A stretch of DNA of 64,000 bases from an uncultured Chloroflexia bacterium (GCA_963741965.1 CAVUKC010000002.1:1513869-1577868), one strand, 5' to 3'. Positions 30,020 to 40,448 are shown, counted from the stretch's first letter. Notes: generated by a model not told the origin, from the letters alone. Translations and numbers: made by a program.

Positions 30020-32311
30020 TCAGTCCGCAGCCTCGGCGCGATCGCGGTCATGCTCTTCCCCGCAGGCACAAGCCGGGCCGCAGCTCGCCGCGTGTGCCTC
30101 GGCATCTTGCGTGACAGACGTTTCTGCCGGCTCGATCCGTGCCAGGCGCAGCCCGTTGAGCGTGACGACGATGGACGCGCCGACATCGGCCAGCACCGCG
30201 ATCCACAGGTTGACGAATCCAAGCACGCCCAGCAACAGCGCCAGCAGCTTGGTCACCATCGACAGGGTGACGTTCTGCCGGATGATCGCCACCGTGCGGT
30301 GCGAGAGCCTGAACAGCCGCGCCATCGCGGAGAGATCGTCTCGCATGAGGGCAAGCTCCGCTGATTCCAGCGCGACATCGGTGCCGGAAACGCCCATGGC
30401 GATGCCGACATCGGCAACCGCCAGCGCCGGCGCGTCGTTGATGCCATCACCGACCATCGCGAGTGCGCCGTACCGCTCCCGCAGCTCCGCGATGACCGTC
30501 GCCTTCTCATCCGGCAATAACTCGGCCCGTACCTCATCCACTCCGGCCTCGGCGGCGATGTGCTCCGCAACCTCACGCCGGTCACCTGTCAGCATCACGA
30601 TCCGCTCGACGCCCTCATGTCGCAGCGCATCGAGCGACGCGCGGACGCCGGGACGGACGCGATCGGCCACGGCGATGGCGCCGAGAAGCGCGGGTACACC
30701 GCCGGACACCGACGCGATCGACAGCACCGACTGACCCGAGGCGGCGAAGCGATCACCGTGTTCCCGGATCCAGTGGATCGACGCGTCATCGACGCCGACC
30801 TCGCTCATGAGCCGGTCGTTGCCGATGACGATCTCCGTGTCACCGATCATGGCGCGAGCCCCGCGGCCGGGCAGCGCCTCGAAGCTGGTCGCCTTCGGGA
30901 GATCGACGCGATCGTGCAGCGCTCTCGCCACGATCGCACGCGCCAGCGGGTGCTCCGAATCGTGCTCGGTCGCCGCCGCCATCCCGAGAATCTCGGACTC
31001 GACGCTGTCCCCATACGGAACGATCGCCATGACTGACGGTCGGCCGAGTGTGAGCGTGCCGGTCTTGTCGAAGGCAACGGTCTTCACCCGGCCGGCCGCC
31101 TCCAGCGCCGCGCCGCCCTTCACCAGCGTGCCGGAGCGGGTCGCCGCGCCGATCGCGGAGACAATCGACACCGGCGTGGAGATCACCAGAGCGCACGGGC
31201 AGGCGATCACGAGCAGCACCAGCGCCCGGTAGACCCAGGTTGACCAGTCCCCGCTGATGACACCGCCCGAAACCCCGACGAGCGCCGCCAGCACGACCAC
31301 GATCGGTGTGTAGACTGACGCGAAGCGATCCACCAGCTGCTGTGAGGGCGCCTTGCTGGACTGCGCCTGCTCGACAAGGTGAACGATGCTGGCCAGCATC
31401 GATTGCGCGGCTCGCTTCGTCACCCGCACCTGCAGTGTGCCGGACCCGTTCATCGTGCCGGCGAAGACATCGTCGCCGGGGCCTCGGTCGACCGGCATCG
31501 ACTCGCCGGTGATCGCCGCCTGGTTGACCGCCGATGTGCCGTCGATGACCTCGCCGTCGGCCGGTAGCCGCTCGCCAGGACGCACCCGCACGACATCGCC
31601 GACCTCGAGCGACGCAGCCGCGACGGTTGTCTCGATACCACTCCGAACGACACGCGCTTCCTGCGGCGTGAGGTCGAGCAGGGAGCGGATCGCGTTGCGG
31701 GTGCGGTCGAACGTCACCGCCTGCAGCGTGGTGCCAATCGAGAAGAGCACTACCACCATCGCGCCTTCGGACCACTCGCCGAGGATCGCCGCGCCGATCA
31801 CCGAGATGGACATCAGCACATTCATGTCGATGCGCCCGGCCCGCAGTGCTGTGACACCGGCACGCGCGATGGTATAGCCGCCGGCGATGATGGCCACAGC
31901 GTACAGCGCGACTGCCGGGACAGTGCGGTCGGTGACATGCTCGAGAGCGAAGGCCGCGAGCCACAGCAACGCCGCGACCGCCGCCGGGATGAGCTTGCGA
32001 TGCCGCCACCACGGCGTTGCCGGCACCCGGGTTGGGCCCTGCTGGTCTCGCAGTGTGGCGGTGTACCCCGCGCGGTCGACCGCGCCACCGATCGTCCGGA
32101 TGAAGTCATCGTGGTTGGCGGCGCCACCGTCGCGGTTCACGGTCAGGGTGCCCGAGGCGAAGCTTACCGAGGCGCTGCCGACGTTCGGCAGCTGGCCGAC
32201 CACGCGCTCGACGCTGCGCGCGCAATCGCCACAGTCCATACCGGCTACATCGAAGATGTACGGATCGACGACTGTGCTCGCCCCGTCCGTTCGAGCCTGC
32301 GTGTCTGTCAT
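30020..32311 (-). CDS. Heavy-metal translocating P1B-type ATPase (Cd/Zn/Co/Pb type)
   Basis: N-terminal HMA domain with GMDCGDCARSV. TM CPC motif ACPCALVISTP, phosphorylation site DKTGTLT, and hinge MVGDGINDAPAL. GGAGGAGG lies before ATG 32311. Confidence 0.93.
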   Translation of the reverse strand: MTDTQARTDGASTVVDPYIFDVAGMDCGDCARSVERVVGQLPNVGSASVSFASGTLTVNRDGGAANHDDFIRTIGGAVDRAGYTATLRDQQGPTRVPATPWWRHRKLIPAAVAALLWLAAFALEHVTDRTVPAVALYAVAIIAGGYTIARAGVTALRAGRIDMNVLMSISVIGAAILGEWSEGAMVVVLFSIGTTLQAVTFDRTRNAIRSLLDLTPQEARVVRSGIETTVAAASLEVGDVVRVRPGERLPADGEVIDGTSAVNQAAITGESMPVDRGPGDDVFAGTMNGSGTLQVRVTKRAAQSMLASIVHLVEQAQSSKAPSQQLVDRFASVYTPIVVVLAALVGVSGGVISGDWSTWVYRALVLLVIACPCALVISTPVSIVSAIGAATRSGTLVKGGAALEAAGRVKTVAFDKTGTLTLGRPSVMAIVPYGDSVESEILGMAAATEHDSEHPLARAIVARALHDRVDLPKATSFEALPGRGARAMIGDTEIVIGNDRLMSEVGVDDASIHWIREHGDRFAASGQSVLSIASVSGGVPALLGAIAVADRVRPGVRASLDALRHEGVERIVMLTGDRREVAEHIAAEAGVDEVRAELLPDEKATVIAELRERYGALAMVGDGINDAPALAVADVGIAMGVSGTDVALESAELALMRDDLSAMARLFRLSHRTVAIIRQNVTLSMVTKLLALLLGVLGFVNLWIAVLADVGASIVVTLNGLRLARIEPAETSVTQDAEAHAASCGPACACGEEHDRDRAEAAD

Positions 32312-32721
32312 GCGGACGCCTCCTCCGGCTGATCGATCGCCTCGCTCGCATGCGTGCCCGCCACGCCGAGGAGCTGGACCACATGGTCGTCGTCCAGCGC
32401 GTAGTACACGACCTTGCCCTGCCGCCGCCGCCGCACCAGCCGGTGCTCCCGCAACACCCGTAGCTGGTGCGACACCGTGCTGCGGTTGACGCCGGTCGCG
32501 GCGGCGAGGTCGCAAACGCACAGCTCGCCGGCCGAGAGCGCGCTCAGCACGCGAATTCGGGTGGCATCGCCCAGGATGGCAAACAGGGTCGCCACGCCGG
32601 CGGCTGGCGGCGCGTCACCGAGCGCGCGCCTCGCGGCCATCACCGCCGACGGATGGATTGCGTCGACCTCGCAGTCACGCTCGTCCGCCTGCAGGCGAGT
32701 TGTCGCTGTCATCTGGGCCAT
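32308..32721 (-). CDS. ArsR/SmtB family metal-sensing repressor
   Basis: LFAILGDATRIRVLSALSAGELCVCDLAAATGVNRSTVSHQLRVLREHRLV, including the CVC metal site. There is an ATGA overlap with the ATPase gene. Confidence 0.9.
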   Translation of the reverse strand: MAQMTATTRLQADERDCEVDAIHPSAVMAARRALGDAPPAAGVATLFAILGDATRIRVLSALSAGELCVCDLAAATGVNRSTVSHQLRVLREHRLVRRRRQGKVVYYALDDDHVVQLLGVAGTHASEAIDQPEEASA

Positions 32722-32741
32722 CGCTGATACCTCATCTCACG

Positions 32742-32759
32742 TGTGCACCTTCGTGCACA
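32742..32759. promoter_or_regulatory. Perfect 7-4-7 inverted repeat, candidate ArsR/SmtB operator
   Basis: TGTGCAC-cttc-GTGCACA lies 21-38 nt upstream of the arsR-like start codon at 32721. Confidence 0.55.
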
Positions 32760-32875
32760 TATCCGTCATGGTCGGAGTCTATCAGCACTCATGTGCATGG
32801 GCAACCACATGTCTGTAGGGAACGCACGGAGACAGAACAGGATAACGGCAGCAGATGGACCCTCCAGGTCTGCCC

Positions 32876-34700
32876 CTACTCCTCCGGGAACCCGAGCATC
32901 TGCATCAGCTTCAGCGCGTTCGACGTGGTGGCGAGTCCGGGACGAAGGTGATAGTCGAACGTCATTTTCGGACGATCGCCATCCTCGCTGAATGTCTCGC
33001 TGAAGTGGACCGCGACGGCGTTGTCATCGAGCTCGCTGCCCTCGATCAGGGTCAGGTCGTGCGAGGAGACCGCTCCGATCGCGTTCGTCGTGGTGAGGTG
33101 GTGCAGCACGCGGCGCGACGCGATCTGCCGCTCGGCGGTGTTGGTTCCCTGCAGGATCTCGTCGAGCAGGTAGAGCACCGGCCGGTGTTCAGCGTCGTCT
33201 GCCGCATCGACCACCTGCTTGAGCCGCTGGAGCTCCGCGAGAAAGAACGACACGCCGTGCGCGAGCGAATCTTCAACACGCATCGTCGTGACGATCTCCA
33301 CCAGCGGCAGCGCCATCCTGTCCGCCGCGACCGGCGCGCCCGCCTGCGCGAGCACGGCGTTGGTGCCAGCCGCGCGCAGCAGCGTGCTCTTGCCGGACAT
33401 GTTGCTGCCGGTGACGAAGAGGAAGGTGCCTCTCGGCCCGATTTCAACGTCGTTGCCGACGGCGATGTCGACCTGCAGAAGCGGGTGCCGCAGGTTGGTC
33501 GCAGCCAGGCGATCGTGCTCGGGAGCGACCTCCGGCATCGCCCAGCCGGGGTGGTCCCAGGCAAGCACGCCGAGGGCGGCCAGCGCCTCCCACTCGCCGA
33601 GGGTGTCAAACCACGATCGCAGCCGCGGGCCGGAAGCCGCCTTCCATCGGTCGAGCGCCGCGGCAACATGGATATCCCATGCGAACGCCATCTGCAGCGG
33701 GATGTAGAGCAGCGAGCCGCGCGGCATGATGAACGACGTTGCACGCGAGAGCTGGCGAATGCGACCCGCCCCGCCCTGCTCGCTGCCGAAGAGCCGCTCA
33801 TGGATTGACCGCAGCAGCGGCGCCTCTCCGGCATGCGGCTCGAGGTGGTCGACGATCGCCCGGTACCCGGCGAGGCTGTTCGCGACGCGACCGACGCGAT
33901 CGACGTCGGCCACCACTCCCCCGGCGACGAGCTGCGTCAGCACGAGGTTGAACGCCAGCGCCAGCACCCACAACGGCATCGCGACGGTGCCGGTCGCCTG
34001 CGCGAGCGCGAGCGCCAGCACCGCCAGCGGGCCGATCCAGCCCAGCCCGACGAGCCAGGTCTTGCCCGCAAGCACCCTCGTGTCTTCAGCCCAGGCGAGC
34101 AGCGCGTCGAGGTCCTCGGGATCCGTCTGTTGCCCGCCAGCTGCCTGCTCGACGCTCTGTCGCAGGTCGATTGCCTCACCGAGCTCGCGCACGCCGGGCT
34201 GCCGCTCGAGGATCACAGCCGGCGACGCCGGTTCGAGCAGCCATCCCTGCAGCGTTCGCCACCCGCCAAGCGTCACCGGCGTGCCGAGGCGGGTGATCAA
34301 CGACTCCGCGCCAGTGATGTTCAGGTCACGTGCGTACGGGTGTTCCGGAGGTGGGGGCGAGATCGGGCTTCGGGGGAGATCAGCGTCCCAGTCAAGCGCG
34401 GCACGGTCGCGCGACCGCTCGTTCACGCGGATCAATCGCTGCCAACCGATCGCGCTGGCGACGCAGGCGGCGATGCAGCGCGATCACCGGCACGAGCGCG
34501 GCAAGCGTCGCCAGCGCGATGACACCAGCGACGGCGCTGTCACCCGCGTACCACTGCCACGTCGCAATGGCGAGGATGACGAAGAGCACCAGGCGAACGT
34601 TGGCGAGGAGGCTCCAGCGACCCTGCACCGCGCCGTGCTCACTCGTGTACTGGTCGATCCGCTCCTGGTAGCGAGCTGTCGCGCTGGTGATCTCCGTCAA
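32876..34700 (-). pseudogene. MutS-related (domain V ATPase) membrane protein, split by an apparent +1 frame change near 34424-34440
   Basis: ORF 34392..34700 encodes the N-terminal two-TM part (..LLANVRLVLFVILAIATW..HRRLRRQRDRLAA). ORF 32876..34435, in the +1 frame, continues with RVNERSRDRAALDWD..HPYARDLNI.. and carries Walker A GSNMSGKSTLLRA and LLDEILQGTN. Together they give about 600 aa. Confidence 0.7.
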
Positions 34701-34706
34701 ATGCCC

Positions 34707-36137
34707 CTATCCCTCGAATGGCTTGTACGCGTTCGGCGAGAGCTGGTCGACGGTGCGATGGTTCCAGTCGCCCTCCGGCAGTCGGGACCACATCGTCTCG
34801 GCGGCGGCCTGCAGATCCGCGGTCACCTGCTCCTCGTCAACATTGGCCAGCGTGCGATCCTGCATGACCATCTCGCCGTCAATCATGACATGCCGGATGT
34901 CCTCGGCCTCGGCGTTGTAGACGATGTTGCGCACGGGATCACGCAGCGGCGTCATCCACACGCTCTGCCCGGCCCAAAACAGCATGTCTGCCTTCGCGCC
35001 CGGCGCAATCCGGCCGAGATCGTCGCGGCCGAGCGCCTTCGCGCCGCCGAGCGTGGCGGCGTTGAACACGTCCGCCGCGGTCGCCAATTCCGTGGAGCGG
35101 TCCATGATCTTGCTGACCACCGCCGCCCAGCGGAGCGCCTCCAGCATCGACTGCGGCGAGGTGTCGGTCGCGAGGGTCATGTTGACACCGCGGTCCTGGT
35201 ACTTCGAGAAGGTCTCCATCGCGATGCCGCGCCGCGCGAATACCCAGACGGCATGCGCGACGTTGGTGCCGGTGTCGGCGAGGATGCCGATGTCGTCCGC
35301 GGGGTAGTTCGCCCAGCTGCCGCCGCCGAGGATAATCGCGTGGCCGAGGATGACGTCCGGCCCGAGGAAGCCGATCTCCCGAAGCCACTCGATCGGCGTG
35401 AGCCCGTGGCGGCGGGTCATCTCGTTGAACTCGACGACCGACTGCGAGGCGTGGAGCGCCAGCGGCACACTCAGCTCGGTCGCCTTCTGGCGGCTCTGCT
35501 TGAGCAGCTCCTCGGAGCAGGTGTCGATCTGCATGGGAGAGAGAAAGCCGCGGATGCGGTCGTTCGCCGTACCGTTGACCCGGTCGATGAACTCGACCGC
35601 CTTGCGGAACGCCTCCTGCCCCGCCTCGTGGTCCCACTCCCACTCTGCCCGCTTGCCGTCGCGGGTGAACCAGCGGCCGTCGCGGTAGCCCTGCGCGATG
35701 TAGGCGCGCAGCCCGGCGGTGGTCGCCAGCTCCGCGACGTCGTCGCCGTAGGAGCCAAGCTCCATCACGGTCGTTGTGCCACTCCGGATCAGCTCGGCCA
35801 TCGAGAAGGCGATGCAGGCGCGCGCGGTGGACGCATCGCCTGCCGCTGATCGTGCAGGGAGGTACTCGAAGAGGCCGGAGCCGTAGAACTGGCGCGGCCC
35901 CTTGTCCTCGACGAACGACTTGTCGAGCGGCGACTCGTAGAGGTGCGCGTGGGTGTTGATCAGACCCGGCGTGACGACCATGCCGGTGGCGTCGATCTCG
36001 TTGTCGGCAGTCCCGTCGTAGCTGCTGCCGACATACGCGATCTCGTTGCCATCGACGACGATGACGCCGTCCTGGAGGTGGCGGTGCTCGCCGTTCTGGT
36101 GCGCGATGATGTGGCTGGCGCGTATGAGCGTCCGCAT
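34707..36137 (-). CDS. Amidohydrolase (chlorohydrolase/aminohydrolase-deaminase family)
   Basis: GMVVTPGLINTHAHLYES metal-binding HxH motif, with ..HAS.. and D-containing C-terminal motifs. 476 aa. Confidence 0.85.
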   Translation of the reverse strand: MRTLIRASHIIAHQNGEHRHLQDGVIVVDGNEIAYVGSSYDGTADNEIDATGMVVTPGLINTHAHLYESPLDKSFVEDKGPRQFYGSGLFEYLPARSAAGDASTARACIAFSMAELIRSGTTTVMELGSYGDDVAELATTAGLRAYIAQGYRDGRWFTRDGKRAEWEWDHEAGQEAFRKAVEFIDRVNGTANDRIRGFLSPMQIDTCSEELLKQSRQKATELSVPLALHASQSVVEFNEMTRRHGLTPIEWLREIGFLGPDVILGHAIILGGGSWANYPADDIGILADTGTNVAHAVWVFARRGIAMETFSKYQDRGVNMTLATDTSPQSMLEALRWAAVVSKIMDRSTELATAADVFNAATLGGAKALGRDDLGRIAPGAKADMLFWAGQSVWMTPLRDPVRNIVYNAEAEDIRHVMIDGEMVMQDRTLANVDEEQVTADLQAAAETMWSRLPEGDWNHRTVDQLSPNAYKPFEG

Positions 36138-36344
36138 GGATGTCGATCTCCTGCTGGTGATTGGCGGGTTGTCGTCGCTTTCGCACCGGCATCGTAACGC
36201 AGAACGGCACCGGTGCCATCCACGAAATTCGGAGCCGAGGGCATGGGACCCATGGGGGTGGCCGCCCCTCCGTGGGCGGACTCGTGCTGTACGGAGGCCC
36301 GGGCCCGCCGGACGAGCGGGCCGAGAATCTCCATACTGGCAATG

Positions 36345-37742
36345 TCAGCTTGGGTCCTCGAGGCTGCTGAAGACGGTGTTGAGCGCCTCTGAGAGGTTTG
36401 GATGGGTGAAGACGCCGTCGCGCAGCGCGGTGTACGGCAGTTGACCCATGATCGCGACCTGCAGCATCGCCATGATCTCACCGCCCTCGGGACCGAGCAC
36501 CGCCGCACCGAGGATTCGATCCGTCTCGGCGTGTACCAGGACCTTCATCAAGCCGCGCGTCTCGCCCGTCTCGATCGCACGGGCGACACTGCTCATCGGC
36601 ATCTTCCCAACCCTGTACGGCACACCCTGCTTTCGCGCCTGCCCCTCGGAGAGTCCGACGCGACCGAGCTGCGGATCGAGGAACGTCGTGTACGGCTCCT
36701 GACGATCGTGTACCGTTCGGTCCCCACCATCGATCAGGTTCGCCTTGAGGATGCGGTAGTCGTCATAGGAGATGTGGGTGAACTTCGGTCCCGGCCGGAT
36801 GTCGCCGATCGCGAAGATGCCCTCCACCGGCGTCTCCAGGCGGTCGCCCGTCTCGAGGTAACCTCCCTCGTCGAGCGAGAGCCCCGTGTTCTCGACATCG
36901 AGCGAGTCGGTGTTCGGCACGCGACCCGCCGCCGCAAGCACGTGCGATGCGTCGATCACAGTCGTCGAGCCGTCCTTTCGCTCGATGGTGACACTGACTC
37001 CGTTCTCGCCCTTGACGACGCGTGTCGGGCTGGCGTTCAGCTCGATCGATATCCCGTCCTCCCGCAGAATCTCCGCGACGGCATCGGCGATGTCCGGATC
37101 TTCTCTGGAAAGCAGCCGTTCACTGTGGTGCACGATCGTGACGTCGGCGCCGAGCCGCCGGAAGAGCTGCCCGAACTCGAGCCCGACCGAGCCGCCGCCG
37201 ATCACCACAAGGTGATCAGGCACCTCACCCAGCTCCATCACCGTGGTGGAGTTCAGCACATCGACGCCGTCCGGGTTCTCGATGTCGAGCGCGCGCGGTC
37301 GCTCCCCGACATCCAGCACGATCGTGTCGGCCAGGAGCGTACGCGTACCACCGTCGTTCAGCGTCACCTCGAGCGTCTTTTCGCCGGTGAAGCGCGCCTC
37401 GCCCTCGATGTAGTCCAGTCCCTCGGTGTTCTCGATCCGCGAGCGGCTCCCCTTGCGAAAATCCTCGACCATGTCTCGCTTGCGCTGCCGCACCGCCGCC
37501 ATGTCGACCGTCACCTCGCCGGTGTGGATGCCGTACTCGGCACTGCGGCGGGCGACGTGCGCGACGCGACCCGAGGCGATCATCGTCTTGGTTGGGGTGC
37601 AGCCCGTGTTGATGCAGGTGCCGCCCGCGTATGCGCGCTCGATGAGAGCGGTCTTGCGGCCGTCCCGCGCGAAGGCGCTGGCGATGGGGCCGCCCCCCTG
37701 CCCGGCACCGATGACAATTGCGTCGTATCGCTCATGGCTCAT
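36345..37742 (-). CDS. Class I pyridine nucleotide-disulfide oxidoreductase (dihydrolipoamide dehydrogenase/MerA-core/RclA-like)
   Basis: YDAIVIGAGQGGGP FAD site, redox-active GGTCINTGCTPTK, and a C-terminal dimerisation domain with HPNLSE. Confidence 0.85.
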   Translation of the reverse strand: MSHERYDAIVIGAGQGGGPIASAFARDGRKTALIERAYAGGTCINTGCTPTKTMIASGRVAHVARRSAEYGIHTGEVTVDMAAVRQRKRDMVEDFRKGSRSRIENTEGLDYIEGEARFTGEKTLEVTLNDGGTRTLLADTIVLDVGERPRALDIENPDGVDVLNSTTVMELGEVPDHLVVIGGGSVGLEFGQLFRRLGADVTIVHHSERLLSREDPDIADAVAEILREDGISIELNASPTRVVKGENGVSVTIERKDGSTTVIDASHVLAAAGRVPNTDSLDVENTGLSLDEGGYLETGDRLETPVEGIFAIGDIRPGPKFTHISYDDYRILKANLIDGGDRTVHDRQEPYTTFLDPQLGRVGLSEGQARKQGVPYRVGKMPMSSVARAIETGETRGLMKVLVHAETDRILGAAVLGPEGGEIMAMLQVAIMGQLPYTALRDGVFTHPNLSEALNTVFSSLEDPS

Positions 37743-37823
37743 GGAGCTTCACCTCGGTCTCTGTCCGGAATCGCACGCGTGTTCATGCTAGGGTACAGGC
37801 GATGCACGGAAGGAGCCGCCTCG

Positions 37824-38306
37824 ATGTATTGCCAGCGCTGCGGATCGCCAACCGAGGAGATGCACCGGGACGGCACGATGCGACCGGTCTGCACCTCCTG
37901 TGGCGCGACCACATACCTCGACCCGAAGCTCGCTGTGGCCGTCCTCATCGGCCAGGGCAACTGCATCCTGCTGGGCAAGCGTGGCGAGCACACCCGCCAG
38001 CCGGGTCGGTGGAGCTTTCCCTCCGGCTTCGTCGAGCGTGGTGAGGTGGTTGAGGAAGCCGCCAGGCGCGAGACGCTGGAGGAGACCGGTTTGGAGGTCG
38101 AGCTCGGACCGGTTCTGAAGCTCGTGTCCGCGCCCGGTGAGACGGTCGTTCTCGCGGCCTATCCGGCGATCACATTCACCGGCGAGCCGCAGGCGGCTGA
38201 TGACCTCGTGGAGGTTCGCTGGTTCCCGCTGGATGATCTCCCAGAGCTGGCATTCCCGCATGACACCGAGCTGATCAGGCTCTGGCGAGCACACGGGACC
38301 GCATGA
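37824..38306 (+). CDS. NUDIX hydrolase with N-terminal zinc ribbon
   Basis: CQRCGSPT..(13)..CTSCG ribbon. The Nudix box is GFVERGEVVEEAARRETLEETGL. This is the last 160 codons of table ORF 36402..38306. Confidence 0.8.
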   Translation: MYCQRCGSPTEEMHRDGTMRPVCTSCGATTYLDPKLAVAVLIGQGNCILLGKRGEHTRQPGRWSFPSGFVERGEVVEEAARRETLEETGLEVELGPVLKLVSAPGETVVLAAYPAITFTGEPQAADDLVEVRWFPLDDLPELAFPHDTELIRLWRAHGTA

Positions 38307-38309
38307 CGC

Positions 38310-38341
38310 CGGTGGCCGGGTCGCGCTTGCGACCCGGCCAC
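38310..38341. terminator. Strong bidirectional hairpin between convergent genes
   Basis: GGTGGCCGGGTCGC-gctt-GCGACCCGGCCACC forms a 14-bp perfect stem. Confidence 0.65.
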
Positions 38342-38382
38342 CTTCTCCAGCATGAGCATCGCAGCGCCTGCCTCAGCAACCG

Positions 38383-38823
38383 CTAGCTTCCCCAGCCGTC
38401 GAGGATCTTCTTGACCTCGTCGCGGTGGTTCGTCTCGTCGTTGAGCATGTCCTCGAGCTGCACCTTGAGCCCGGTCTCACCGGCCGCCTCCGCCTGATCG
38501 ATGCGCTCCTGGTAGTTTTTGACCGTCTCGGCTTCGGCCTCGTAGATGAACTTCAGCATCTCGCGCGTGTTGTTCGAGGTCTTGACCGGTCGAGGCTCGA
38601 CCGTCGGATCGCCACCGAGGGACGCGATCTTGTCCGCCAGGTACTGGGCGTGCCGCTGCTCGTCGGGGATCTCCGCCTGCAGGAAATCGACCAGCTGCGG
38701 CCGGTACGGCCCGTTCACCTTTGCCGAGTACTGCAGGTAGCTGATGATCGCGTTGTACTCGCCCGCCAGGTCTTCGTTGAGCCCCGCGATGAGGTCATCC
38801 ATCGACTTGCTTGTGTTCGCCAT
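38383..38823 (-). CDS. Ferritin-like (bacterioferritin/Dps superfamily) protein
   Basis: LAGEYNAIISYLQYS ... EIPDEQRHAQYLADKI ... ETNHRDE: paired E..H di-iron-type ligands in a four-helix pattern. Confidence 0.75.
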   Translation of the reverse strand: MANTSKSMDDLIAGLNEDLAGEYNAIISYLQYSAKVNGPYRPQLVDFLQAEIPDEQRHAQYLADKIASLGGDPTVEPRPVKTSNNTREMLKFIYEAEAETVKNYQERIDQAEAAGETGLKVQLEDMLNDETNHRDEVKKILDGWGS

Positions 38824-39085
38824 GGTCTCTCATGTCTCCTGTGTTCGCGCGTGCGTATCGATCGGAATTTGCCGTCTCTGGCTGCAGGAAGGTGCAAGTT
38901 CTGTACCAGCACGGGGTCCCCGGCGGGGCGATGCGGCAGCCGCTCCGGATCGCCGGGCAGCGGATCGTGCACGGCGTCACAAGAAGTGACCGGTTCACGA
39001 CACTGCGGCAAGATGGCACGATGGAGGGACAGATACACTTGCCTCGGGCCCGGCGTGACGCCGCGCGCCGTATCAGGGAGGGAAG

Positions 39086-40448
39086 ATGAGCGATCTCATG
39101 GCCGCCCGCTGGCAGATGGGCACCTCACTTGGCTTCCATATCATCTTCGCGGTACTCGGTATCGGGCTGCCGCTGCTGATGGTGATCGCCGAGGGATTGT
39201 ATCTCCGCACCGGCAACAGCGCCTGGCTGGCGCTCGCGCGACGCTGGTCCAAAGGCTTCGCGATCCTCTTCGCGGTCGGCGCGGTGTCCGGCACGGTACT
39301 GTCATTCGAGCTCGGGCTGCTCTGGCCAGGCTTCATGGCGTACGCAGGCGGCATCATCGGCATGCCGTTCTCGATGGAGGGCTTCGCCTTCTTTCTCGAG
39401 GCGATCTTCCTCGGCATCTATCTCTACGGTTGGGACAAGCTCACACCGAAGGTCCACTGGCTGGCGGGTATTCCCATCGCGATCTCTGGTCTGCTGTCGG
39501 GAATCTTCGTGGTCGCCGCCAATTCCTGGATGAACAGCCCGTCCGGGTTCGACATCGTCGACGGCGAGGTCACCAACGTCGATCCGATCGCCGCGATGTT
39601 CAACGACGCCTGGTTCCAGCAGGCGCTCCACATGTCACTGGCGGCGTACACCTCCACCGCGTTCGGCGTGGCAGGTGTGTACGCCTTCGGCTACCTGCGC
39701 GGCCGGCGCGACCGTTACCACCTCAGCGCAATGAAGCTTGCCGTGACACTCGGCCTCGCCTTCTCCATCGCGCAGGCGATTTCGGGAGACATCAGCGCCC
39801 ACTGGGTCGCCAACAACCAGCCGGTCAAGTTCGCCGCACTGGAGGGCCAGTTCGAGACCGAATCCGGCGCGGGGCTGACGATCGGCGGCTGGCCCGACCC
39901 GGAGAACGCGGGAGACACGCTGGGGCGTTGAGATCCCCAGGTTGTTGAGCTTCCTCGCTCACAGGGACTTCGACGCCGAGGTCACCGGGCTCAACGACTA
40001 CCCGATGTCGGACCAGCCCGACCCGCGACCAGTCCACCTCGGCTTCCAGATGATGGTCGGGCTCGGCTTCGCGATGATCTTCGGCAGCCTCTGGATCGTG
40101 TTCACCTCGTGGCGACGCAAGCGGTTCGAGCCGTCGAAATGGCAGTTGCGCGCGCTCCTCGCGCTCACCCCGGCGGGGTTCATCGCGATCGAGGCCGGAT
40201 GGGTCGTCACCGAGGTCGGCCGCCAGCCGTGGATCATCCAGGGCGTGATGCGGACCGAGGACGCCGTCACCGAGGTACCGGGCCAGTTCGCCGCGTTCGG
40301 CGGCTTCACGCTGCTCTACGTGCTGCTCGCCACCGTGCTCACCTGGCTGCTGCTCCGGCTGGCGAAGACACCGCCACCAATCGACGAGCCACACCCGTAC
40401 GACGCCGCGCACCGCACCACGAGGGAGTCCCGCCATGCCATGGGATGA
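39086..40448 (+). pseudogene. cydA: Cytochrome bd oxidase subunit I, split by an apparent +1 frame change near 39916-39925
   Basis: ORF 39086..39931 ends ..GGWPDPENAGDTLGR*. The conserved continuation WGVEIPRLLSFLAH..GRQPWIIQGVMRTEDAV is in the +1 frame (table ORF 39942..40448). The junction reads GACACGCTGGGGCGTTGAGATCCCC. Confidence 0.8.

Noticed and set aside
36138-36344. Purine or other riboswitch upstream of the amidohydrolase (possible deaminase)
   Set aside because: The spacer has several GC hairpins (GGCCCGC..GCGGGCC, CCGCCC..GGGCGG, GGCACCGGTGCC). However, it has no three-way junction with the conserved loop sequences of the purine riboswitch. The hairpins are more simply terminators of the upstream oxidoreductase gene.
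38960-39010. Rex/CRP-FNR-type operator upstream of cydA (GTCACAAGAAGTGACCGGTTCACG)
   Set aside because: It contains GTGA..TCAC half-sites, but the spacing is N5 rather than the N6 expected for TGTGA-N6-TCACA or Rex TTGTGAA-N4-TTCACAA, and the symmetry is imperfect. It is too weak to call.
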